45,241 nucleotides of DNA from NCBI GenBank assembly GCA_007280315.1, contig QYQC01000080.1, positions 1 through 45,241 on the forward strand, in the 5' to 3' direction. Of this stretch, positions 27,358-34,673 are shown in pieces. A model generated the notes under the pieces. The model was given only the letters and a program-made list of their open reading frames with translations, was not told the DNA's origin and searched no databases. The first letter of the stretch is position 1; every line of letters begins with the position of its first letter. A program made the position numbers and the translations under genes. The stretch is from Betaproteobacteria bacterium (GTDB lineage Bacteria; Pseudomonadota; Gammaproteobacteria; Burkholderiales; SG8-39).

Positions 27358-27645
27358 ATGGCAGCCTATCTTGTAGTCGACATCGATGTAACCAATCCGG
27401 CGCAGTTCGAGGAATACAAGAAACTGGCGCCGGCGGCGATTGCCAAATTCGGCGGGCGCTACCTGATTCGCGGCGGTGCGTACGAAACGCTGGAAGGCGA
27501 CTGGAAGCCGCAGCGCATAACGGTGGTGGAATTCGAGTCGATGGAGAAAGGGAAAGCCTTTTACAATTCGCCCGAATACCAAGCCGCGATCAAGACGCGC
27601 AAGGGCGCGGCGAATATGAAAATGCTGCTGGTGCAGGGAGTCTGA
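27358..27645 (+). CDS. DUF1330 domain protein
   Basis: 95 aa reading MAAYLVVDIDVTNPAQFEEYKKLAPAAIAKFGGRYLIRGG...VVEFESMEKGKAFYNSPEY. The ATG is preceded by AAGGAG. Confidence 0.85.
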   Translation: MAAYLVVDIDVTNPAQFEEYKKLAPAAIAKFGGRYLIRGGAYETLEGDWKPQRITVVEFESMEKGKAFYNSPEYQAAIKTRKGAANMKMLLVQGV

Positions 27646-27649
27646 CGAC

Positions 27650-28036
27650 TCAGTGATCCGGCAATTCGACTGTCTTGAATTCGCCGGGTAGCACTACTTC
27701 GAGTAGCTCAACATCGTCCGAATGCCCCAGCTCCCGATGACGAATTCCGGGAGGCTGGTAAGCGCAGGAGCCGGCCTCGAGCAGCACCTCCCCCACGCCT
27801 TCGTAGTCGAACTTGATCCAGCCCTTGAGCACATAGACCAACTGGAGTTCGGTTTCATGCCAATGGGTCTTGCCGACGAATTCTCCGCCGGGCCGCGCAC
27901 GGATGACATGCGCCACGGCTTTGCCGCGGGTCGCCGCCTTGACGCCGAGGTCGCGGTACTCGAAAAACGCGCGCAGGCCGTCTGCCTTGAATTCACTGTC
28001 CTTCAAGTGGCTGACGCTGAATTTTTGCTTGGACAT
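27650..28036 (-). CDS. Cupin-domain protein
   Basis: 128 aa containing HWHETELQLVYVLKGWIKFDYEG...AGSCAYQPPGIRH, the two cupin motifs. Confidence 0.75.
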   Translation of the reverse strand: MSKQKFSVSHLKDSEFKADGLRAFFEYRDLGVKAATRGKAVAHVIRARPGGEFVGKTHWHETELQLVYVLKGWIKFDYEGVGEVLLEAGSCAYQPPGIRHRELGHSDDVELLEVVLPGEFKTVELPDH

Positions 28037-28065
28037 GTTTTCGCCCTCCTACACAAGTATCCCAC

Positions 28066-28093
28066 AAGCAAAAAGGGCGCCGCAGCGCCCTTT
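28066..28093 (-). terminator. Rho-independent terminator after sodC
   Basis: 9-bp stem AAAGGGCGC/GCGCCCTTT with a 4-nt loop, followed on the minus strand by a TTTTTGCTT tract. It sits about 20 nt after the sodC stop. Confidence 0.75.
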
Positions 28094-28110
28094 CCAAATC
28101 CCGACTCAGC

Positions 28111-28644
28111 TCAACTATTCTGAATGACGGCGCACGCCATGCGCGCCCCGGCATTGCCCACCGGCTGGCTCTTGTAGTCATCGGGCTGCGCGTGCACGAT
28201 CAAGCCGCGGCCGATGACGCTGGTCGGCCCTGGACTGACCGTGATGATATCCAGTTCGGCGCTCATGCTGGCATTGCCATATGCGTCGGCCTTCAGATTG
28301 GGCATGTCGCCGGCGTGGCGCGCCTGGGTGGATTGATGGCCGTGCGGGCTGCCCTTCGGGTTGAAGTGCCCGGCTGCGCTCATGCCGTCGCCGGAACTGC
28401 AGTCGCCCTTGTCGTGCACGTGGAAACCGTGTTCCTGATTCGGTTTCAATCCCGACACCTTTGCCGAAACGATGACCTTGTCGCCCTTCTGGGTAAAGGT
28501 CACATCGCCGGTGACGCCGTTGCCGCGCGTCGGCTGCAGATGTGCTGTCGCGCGCGGACCGCCATCGCCCATGGTGGCGCAGCCACCGACTATTCCGGCG
28601 AACAGAATAGCCGGTAACGCGACGATCGGATTCCTCAGTGTCAT
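28111..28644 (-). CDS. sodC: Periplasmic Cu,Zn superoxide dismutase (lipoprotein)
   Basis: Lipobox IVGGC. Metal ligands appear in HGFHVHDKGDC, GHFNP, HAGDMPN and GRGLIVHAQPDD. Confidence 0.92.
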   Translation of the reverse strand: MTLRNPIVALPAILFAGIVGGCATMGDGGPRATAHLQPTRGNGVTGDVTFTQKGDKVIVSAKVSGLKPNQEHGFHVHDKGDCSSGDGMSAAGHFNPKGSPHGHQSTQARHAGDMPNLKADAYGNASMSAELDIITVSPGPTSVIGRGLIVHAQPDDYKSQPVGNAGARMACAVIQNS

Positions 28645-28650
28645 GGCGGA

Positions 28651-28899
28651 CTACTTCTTGGCCGTTTTGGCCGCTGCAGCCTTGCCGTGGCTTTTCTTAT
28701 AGCGCTCGGCGACGCGGTCCTGGGCTTTGGCCAGCAACTCCGCATCTTTCTTTGCGGCATCGGCAGCCTTGGCCTTTGTTTCCTCTGCCTTCGCCTTGGC
28801 TGCGTCGTCCATCGGCGCGACCGGTATCTTGGCCTCTGCCAACCCTGCGCTCAATGCAAACGCCAGCGCGCCGGCGACAAGCAATTTTCCGATTTTCAT
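28651..28899 (-). CDS. Small secreted Ala/Lys-rich protein (82 aa)
   Basis: Signal peptide MKIGKLLVAGALAFALSAGLAEA, then a low-complexity AKAKAEETKAKAADAAKK region. RBS GAGGAGG. It lies 10 nt after the FDH gamma gene and 6 nt before sodC. Confidence 0.5.
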   Translation of the reverse strand: MKIGKLLVAGALAFALSAGLAEAKIPVAPMDDAAKAKAEETKAKAADAAKKDAELLAKAQDRVAERYKKSHGKAAAAKTAKK

Positions 28900-28909
28900 C
28901 TCAGCCTCC

Positions 28910-29965
28910 TCAATGTTGTACCTGTGGCGGTGCGCTCGCGGCAGCAGCCCCTCCGGGCGCGCCCGACGGTAACTCCCGCCTGCCGGCCTTGACGTCTTCG
29001 TACCAGTATTGCGCGTGCTCGCGCGCCCAGGTCTCGTCCACGTAACCGTTGCGCATGCCCTCGTAGGCGCCGGTCGTTCCCACGGTGCCCAGATAGATAT
29101 GCGTAATCGACCAGGCGATGAACCATACCGCGGAGATGACATGAACGATGTTGGCGATCATCATCAGCGAGCGCGACTGATCGAAGTTGGGAAAATCGAG
29201 CACCAGGCCGCTGACGCTGGACGCGGTGCCCAGGCCGATCACCCCGCCCCAGAACCAGATCTTCTCCCCGGCATTGAAGCGGCCCGCCGGCACAACCTCA
29301 TCGCCGATCACGCCCCCGCCCTTCGCCAGCCAGGTGAGGTCGTAGGCGCGCGGCCAATTGTCGCCGATGAACTTCATCACGAACACCACAATGCTGAATA
29401 TGAATATCGGACCGACGAAATTGTGCAGGGTCTTCCCCAACTCGGCCAGCCAACTGAACAGCGTGTGCCCGATCACCGGCAGCAGCACGTGCTTGCCGAA
29501 CAGCATGGTCAGGCCGCTTACAGCAAGCACGCAAAAGCTGATCGCCATGCTCCAGTGCGCAATGCGTTCGAAACCGGAAAAGCGCTCGATCAATTTTCCG
29601 GTCAGCGGACCGTGCAAGCCCATCGGTCCGCGCACCTTGTAGAACACCGCCATGGCGATCAGCACCAGCACCACCAGCCAGCCGCCGTATTGGGTGATCG
29701 GGCCGTTGCGCAACCGGCGCCAGGTTTCGCCTTCGGTCTGGATCAGAACGCCGGTCTCGCGCCCTTTGACCGAGGTGTAACCCTCCTTGCCCGAGCGCAC
29801 CTCGCGCCAGGTCGGCGCGTTGTTGCCCGGCTGCACCTGCTGGCGCTGCGCCTGGGTTTCCTGCGCCTGTGCCTGCGCCTGGGCCCATGCCGTCCCGCCG
29901 AACAACGGCAGCAACAGCGCTAACCCCAGGAAGAATTGCCGCACGCCTGAAAAATTGGCTCGCAT
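28910..29965 (-). CDS. Formate dehydrogenase gamma subunit (membrane cytochrome b)
   Basis: Motifs RFSGFERIAHWSMA, LHNFVGP and IVHVISAVWF...HIYLG supply the heme-ligating His residues, in a layout of 4-5 TM segments. An N-terminal signal/anchor carries a QA-repeat. Confidence 0.88.
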   Translation of the reverse strand: MRANFSGVRQFFLGLALLLPLFGGTAWAQAQAQAQETQAQRQQVQPGNNAPTWREVRSGKEGYTSVKGRETGVLIQTEGETWRRLRNGPITQYGGWLVVLVLIAMAVFYKVRGPMGLHGPLTGKLIERFSGFERIAHWSMAISFCVLAVSGLTMLFGKHVLLPVIGHTLFSWLAELGKTLHNFVGPIFIFSIVVFVMKFIGDNWPRAYDLTWLAKGGGVIGDEVVPAGRFNAGEKIWFWGGVIGLGTASSVSGLVLDFPNFDQSRSLMMIANIVHVISAVWFIAWSITHIYLGTVGTTGAYEGMRNGYVDETWAREHAQYWYEDVKAGRRELPSGAPGGAAAASAPPQVQH

Positions 29966-29974
29966 GATTCCTCC

Positions 29975-30232
29975 TTAGTCGCCGATACGCACGTATTCGT
30001 TCTGGCTCTGGCTGCGCGACTTGAGGGCGCTTTCCCAACTGCTCTTGTCGCCTTTGGTCCACTTGGAGGTGGTGTTGGCTCCGGGCTCGTTGTCCCAAGG
30101 CCTGGTATCGGGCTTGCCCTGGTACTTGCCCTGCTTGTACACAATAACCTGCTCTTTTTCTCCGCAGCCACTGATACCTGCCACAAGGCCAAGGGCCGCA
30201 CCCACGATAAGGAACTTGCTTAGGCTGATCAT
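29975..30232 (-). CDS. Small lipoprotein (85 aa) encoded between FDH beta and gamma
   Basis: Lipobox LVAGISGC. The mature part is hydrophilic. The ATG overlaps the FDH beta stop (ATGA). The track ORF start at 30592 was trimmed. Confidence 0.55.
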   Translation of the reverse strand: MISLSKFLIVGAALGLVAGISGCGEKEQVIVYKQGKYQGKPDTRPWDNEPGANTTSKWTKGDKSSWESALKSRSQSQNEYVRIGD

Positions 30233-30849
30233 GATTTCGCCCCTTTCGCTGCCGGCTGCTTGTCCGGCTTGCCGTAGGCCGTGCTCCAGCCCCACACTTC
30301 CGCGCCCCTGCCACGCTTCAACGCACGGTCGCGGAAGATATCTGCGACGACATCGCCGTCGCCTCCGAGCAACGCCTTGGTCGAACACATTTCGGCGCAG
30401 GCGGGGAGTTTGCCCTGCGACAGGCGGTTGGAGCCGTACTTGGCGAACTCTTCCTTGGAATTGTCCTTCTCCGGCCCGCCGGCGCAGAACGTGCATTTGT
30501 CCATTTTTCCGCGCATGCCGAAAGCACCCGCCTGCGGAAACTGCGGCGCGCCGAACGGACAGGCGTAGAAGCAGTAGCCGCAGCCGATGCACAGGTCCTT
30601 GTCGTGCAGCACCACGCCTTCATCGGTGCGATAGAAGCAATCCACCGGGCACACCGCCATGCACGGCGCGTCCGAACAGTGCATGCAGGCGACCGAGATC
30701 GATTTCTCTCCGGGCACGCCGTCGTTGAGCGTCACCACGCGGCGCCGGTTCACGCCCCAGGGCACCTCGTTTTCTTGTTTACAGGCAGTCACGCAACCGT
30801 TGCACTCGATGCAACGCTCGGCATCACAAAGAAACTTCATACGGGCCAT
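30229..30849 (-). CDS. Formate dehydrogenase beta subunit (4x[4Fe-4S] ferredoxin-type)
   Basis: Cluster motifs are CIECNGCVTAC, CMHCSDAPCMAVCP, CIGCGYCFYACP and CTFC...CAEMC. Confidence 0.9.
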   Translation of the reverse strand: MARMKFLCDAERCIECNGCVTACKQENEVPWGVNRRRVVTLNDGVPGEKSISVACMHCSDAPCMAVCPVDCFYRTDEGVVLHDKDLCIGCGYCFYACPFGAPQFPQAGAFGMRGKMDKCTFCAGGPEKDNSKEEFAKYGSNRLSQGKLPACAEMCSTKALLGGDGDVVADIFRDRALKRGRGAEVWGWSTAYGKPDKQPAAKGAKS

Positions 30850-30861
30850 GATGTCGTCCCC

Positions 30862-33786
30862 CTATGCCTGAAATTTTTCGATTTGACACAGGGTCGTCTT
30901 GGTTTCCTGCATCATGGTCACCGAGTCGTAGCCGTAGGTGGTGGCGGTATTGACCGCCTCGCCGCGCACGATCGGCGCTGCGCCGTCAGGATAGTAGTCG
31001 AGCATGTCCTTGCCCATCCACCAGCCGGAAAAGTGAAACGGCAGAAATACCGTGTCCGGACCGACCCGTTCGGTGACCTGCGCCATCACCTTGAGTTTGG
31101 CGCCCGTTGGCGTTTTCACCCAGACAAAATCATTGTTGCGGATGCCGCGGTCGTTGGCCGACTTCGGGTTGATCTCCACGAACATGTTTTGCTGCAATTC
31201 CGCCAGCCACGGATTGGAGCGGGTTTCCTCGCCGCCGCCCTCGAACTCGGTCAGGCGGCCGCTGGTCATGATCAGCGGAAAATCCTTGGAAATGTTCTTG
31301 TTCTTTTCCTGCACCGACTTGTACAGCGTCGGCAGGCGCCAGAACGCTTTCTTGTCGTCGTGGGTGGGGTATTTCTCCACCATGTCCGGCCGCGGCGAGT
31401 ACAGCGGTTCGCGATGCAGCGGAATGCCGTCGGGAAAATTCCACACCACCGCGCGCGCCTTGGCGTTGCCAAACGGGTGGCAGCCATGGACCTTCATCAC
31501 CACGCGCTGGATGCCGCCGGAGAGATCGGTCTTCCAGTTCTTGCCCTCCGCCTCTTTCTTCTCATCCTCGGTCAGATCGTCCCACCAGCCCAGCTTCTTC
31601 AGCAGCACATGATCGAATTCCGGATAGCCTGTAGTCAGATCGGCGCCCAGGGAGTGCGAGCCGTCCTCGGCCAGCAGGTTGACGCCGTCCTTTTCCACGC
31701 CGAAGTTGGCGCGGAAATTCCCGCCGCCGTCCATCACATGGCGCTCGGTCATGTACAGGTTGGGTGAGCCCGGATGTTTCATTTCGGGCGTGCCGAAGCA
31801 GGGCCATGGCAGGCCGAAATAATCGCCGTCGCAGGGTCCGCCCTTGGCGCGCAGGGTCTTCACATCGAAGGTGTGCATGTGCTTCATGTGCAGTTTCAGC
31901 CGCTCCGGGCTCTGGCCGGTGTAGCCTATGGTCCAGGTGCCGCGGTTGTATTCGCGCGTGATGTCCTCGATCACCGGTTCGTCGTTGACCACGTGGATGT
32001 TCTGCTTGCCGTCTTTCTTGCCCACCAACTGGTCGGCGACGCCCAGTTTCTTCGCCAGCAGATACATGATGGTCTGGTCGGGTTTGGCTTCGAACAGCGG
32101 CTCGATCACTTTCTCGCGCCACTGGAGCGAGCGGTTGGAAGCGGTGACGCTGCCCGAGGTCTCGAACTGCGTTGCCGCAGGCAGCAGGTAGACGCCGTCT
32201 TTCCTGACCATCGCCGCCATCGCCGCCGTGGCGGAAGGATAGGGATCGATCACCACCAGCAGATCGAGCTTTTTCATCGCCTCGACCATTTCCATGCCGC
32301 GCGACTGGCTGTTGGGCGCATGGCCCCAGAACACCATCGCGCGCAGGTTCGAATCCTGGTCGATCAACTCGTTCTTCTCGGTCACGCCGTCGATCCAGCG
32401 CGACACCGTGATGCCGGGCTTGTTCATCATGCCGGGCGCGAACTGTTTCTTCAGCCATTCGAGATCGATATTCCACACGCGCGCCCAGTGCGCATAGGAT
32501 CCGGGCGCGATGCCGTAGTAGCCCGGCAGCGAATCCGGATTCGGGCCGATGTCGGTCGCGCCCTGCACGTTGTCGTGGCCGCGGAAAATATTCGCGCCGC
32601 CGCCCATCTTGCCGATGTTTCCCAGCGCGAGCTGGAAGATGCAGAACGCGCGCACCATGGCGTTACCGATGGTGTGCTGCGTCTGCCCCATGCACCAGAC
32701 GATGCTCGAAGGCTTGTTCTTCGCCATGGTTTCGGCGATCTTGTAGCAGTCCTCCTCGGACACGCCGCATACTTCCGTCACCCGCTCCGGCGTCCACTTC
32801 ATCACCTCGTCTTTCACCTTCTCCATGCCGTAGACGCGGTCGTGGATGTACTGCTTGTCCTCCCAGCCGTTCTTGAACACGTGATAGAGCACGCCGAATA
32901 TCACCGGAATGTCGGTGCCGGAACGGATGCGCACGAAATGATCCGCCTTGGCCGCGGTGCGGGTAAAGCGCGGGTCGGCGACGATGATCTTGGCTCCGGC
33001 CTCCTTCGCATGCAGCACATGCAGCATCGACACCGGATGCGCCTCGGCCGCGTTCGATCCCATGAACCAGATCGCTTTCGCGTTCTGCATGTCATTGTAG
33101 GAGTTGGTCATCGCGCCGTAGCCCCAGGTGTTGGCGACGCCGGCGACCGTGGTCGAATGACAGATGCGCGCCTGGTGGTCGGTGTTATTGGTGCCCAACA
33201 GGCGCACGAACTTGCACATCAGATAGGTCTGTTCGTTATTGTGCTTGCTCGATCCGACCCAGTAGGCCGCGTCCGGGCCGCTTTCCTTCCTGATCGCCAG
33301 CAGTTTGTCGCCGACCTCGTTGATCGCCTGATCCCAGCTGATGCGTTTGTACTTGCCGTTCTCCAGCTTCATCGGATATTTCAGGCGGTGCGAATGCTCG
33401 GTCACGCCGTGTTCGCGCACCGCAGCGCCTTTGGCGCAATGCGCGCCCAGGTTGAGCGGCGAATCGAATACCGGCTCGTGCCGCACCCACACGCCGTTCT
33501 GCACCACGGCGTCGATGGCGCAGCCGACGGAGCAATGCGTGCACACGGTGCGCTTCACTTCGACCTTGCCGCCGGCGGACTTGTCGTCGGCCGCTTCGGC
33601 GCGGCCGATCATGTTGTAGGGCAACTGGCCGGCCAGGGCGGCGAGCGAGGCGCCCGCCCCTGCCGCCACGCCGGAGCGCTTGAGGAAGGTGCGGCGATCG
33701 ATGGTCTTCGCCAGCATGCCGGACAGACCGCGCGACAGGCGGCTTTGCGCCGAGGGCGCGCTGGTGGATTTACGGGTAAGCAGCAT
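30862..33786 (-). CDS. Formate dehydrogenase alpha subunit, Tat-exported, Mo/W-bis-PGD, cysteine type
   Basis: Twin-arginine signal DRRTFLKRSG. FS0 motif CTHCSVGCA...C. The active-site block HQARICHSTTVAG carries Cys (TGT at 33160-33162) where selenoproteins have TGA. The ORF is an uninterrupted 974 aa. Confidence 0.95.
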   Translation of the reverse strand: MLLTRKSTSAPSAQSRLSRGLSGMLAKTIDRRTFLKRSGVAAGAGASLAALAGQLPYNMIGRAEAADDKSAGGKVEVKRTVCTHCSVGCAIDAVVQNGVWVRHEPVFDSPLNLGAHCAKGAAVREHGVTEHSHRLKYPMKLENGKYKRISWDQAINEVGDKLLAIRKESGPDAAYWVGSSKHNNEQTYLMCKFVRLLGTNNTDHQARICHSTTVAGVANTWGYGAMTNSYNDMQNAKAIWFMGSNAAEAHPVSMLHVLHAKEAGAKIIVADPRFTRTAAKADHFVRIRSGTDIPVIFGVLYHVFKNGWEDKQYIHDRVYGMEKVKDEVMKWTPERVTEVCGVSEEDCYKIAETMAKNKPSSIVWCMGQTQHTIGNAMVRAFCIFQLALGNIGKMGGGANIFRGHDNVQGATDIGPNPDSLPGYYGIAPGSYAHWARVWNIDLEWLKKQFAPGMMNKPGITVSRWIDGVTEKNELIDQDSNLRAMVFWGHAPNSQSRGMEMVEAMKKLDLLVVIDPYPSATAAMAAMVRKDGVYLLPAATQFETSGSVTASNRSLQWREKVIEPLFEAKPDQTIMYLLAKKLGVADQLVGKKDGKQNIHVVNDEPVIEDITREYNRGTWTIGYTGQSPERLKLHMKHMHTFDVKTLRAKGGPCDGDYFGLPWPCFGTPEMKHPGSPNLYMTERHVMDGGGNFRANFGVEKDGVNLLAEDGSHSLGADLTTGYPEFDHVLLKKLGWWDDLTEDEKKEAEGKNWKTDLSGGIQRVVMKVHGCHPFGNAKARAVVWNFPDGIPLHREPLYSPRPDMVEKYPTHDDKKAFWRLPTLYKSVQEKNKNISKDFPLIMTSGRLTEFEGGGEETRSNPWLAELQQNMFVEINPKSANDRGIRNNDFVWVKTPTGAKLKVMAQVTERVGPDTVFLPFHFSGWWMGKDMLDYYPDGAAPIVRGEAVNTATTYGYDSVTMMQETKTTLCQIEKFQA

Positions 33787-33795
33787 GGCGCCTCC

Positions 33796-34002
33796 TCAGA
33801 CTTTCGCGGTTCTGTAGTAATTGCGGACGTGCTCGGAGGCGTGATAGCCCCTGGTCTTCTTCTTGCCTTCGCCGGTGAGCACCGGCTGCGGCTGCGCCTG
33901 GGGTACGGTCTTCGCGACAATGGCGGCTGCACCTGCAGCGCCGCCCGCGCCGACCGCAAACAAAAAATTCCTGCGGCTCAGTTTGGTCTGGCCTTGGCTC
34001 AT
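33796..34002 (-). CDS. Small twin-arginine-signal protein of FDH loci (formate dehydrogenase region TAT target)
   Basis: 68 aa with SRRNFLFAVGAGGAAGAAA followed by a short basic tail. It lies 9 nt upstream of the FDH alpha gene. Confidence 0.7.
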   Translation of the reverse strand: MSQGQTKLSRRNFLFAVGAGGAAGAAAIVAKTVPQAQPQPVLTGEGKKKTRGYHASEHVRNYYRTAKV

Positions 34003-34040
34003 TTTCGTCTCCTCACAAATTGACCGCTGCCAGCGGTCAA

Positions 34041-34673
34041 CTACGATAAAAACAACTCGAAAGAATCTTTTTCCACGTCGAGAAACACTTTGGTGAACGT
34101 TGCCACGTGCTTAAAAAAATTTGTATTTGGTGAAGCTGTTATCGCGGCAAGAAACTTGTCATAACCAGAATCAATGTACTCCATAAAGAAGGCTTTTTGT
34201 TCTTGCACTGCACCATCGCTCGATCCCGTGGCGATCAAGTGGCGCATAACTTCGCACAGTCCGGAGAAATGATCTTCGTACTCTGCAGCGGACTGACTTT
34301 TCGCCAATCCCATTTGGGTCAACCGTTCGCGCAAGCGCACCAGGACGCGTTCCTGCATGGATTCAGCAAGATAATGCGAAGCATAGGGGGTGATCTCGGC
34401 CATTCCGGTGCCGACGAAGACGCTGTCGTACTCCTCCCGTGCGGCTTCCGCGTCCATGGCCGCGGCGGCCGCGACCAGCGCCCGCCACGCGGTTGGCAAC
34501 GGCGCGTCAGGGTCCTCGCCCGCAATGTCGTCGGCAGCGGCGATGGCGGCAAGCAATGGCGCGTCCGGTCCGGAGAAGAACAGCCGCGCGATCAGCCCGT
34601 AGAATCCGGCGCGCGCCTGGTCCTCTTCGATCACCGGCGGCGCGGATTCCTGCTCGTGGGATTGGGTACTCAA
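34041..34673 (-). CDS. TorD/DmsD-family redox-enzyme maturation chaperone
   Basis: FYGLIARLFFSGPD...EYDSVFVG...PYASHYL...EDHFSGLCEVM matches the TorD-family layout. The start is uncertain. TTG at 34673 overlaps the upstream stop. Alternatives are GTG at 34634 or the track ATG at 34742, which would overlap the upstream gene by 73 nt. Confidence 0.75.
   Translation of the reverse strand: MSTQSHEQESAPPVIEEDQARAGFYGLIARLFFSGPDAPLLAAIAAADDIAGEDPDAPLPTAWRALVAAAAAMDAEAAREEYDSVFVGTGMAEITPYASHYLAESMQERVLVRLRERLTQMGLAKSQSAAEYEDHFSGLCEVMRHLIATGSSDGAVQEQKAFFMEYIDSGYDKFLAAITASPNTNFFKHVATFTKVFLDVEKDSFELFLS

Noticed and set aside
29837-29884. Repetitive CTGCGCCTG-type DNA that looked like short spaced repeats
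   Set aside because: It encodes the in-frame AQAQAQAQETQAQRQQ low-complexity segment after the FDH gamma signal peptide. It is not a CRISPR array or any other non-coding array.
33160-33162. Possible selenocysteine (TGA) codon and SECIS in FDH alpha
   Set aside because: The active-site position in HQARICHSTTVAG is encoded by TGT (Cys). The 974-aa frame has no in-frame TGA, so this is not a selenoprotein.
31774-34023. 749-aa plus-strand ORF
   Set aside because: It is antisense to the FDH alpha gene, which has unambiguous catalytic motifs. The translation is Arg/Ala/His-rich low-complexity sequence.
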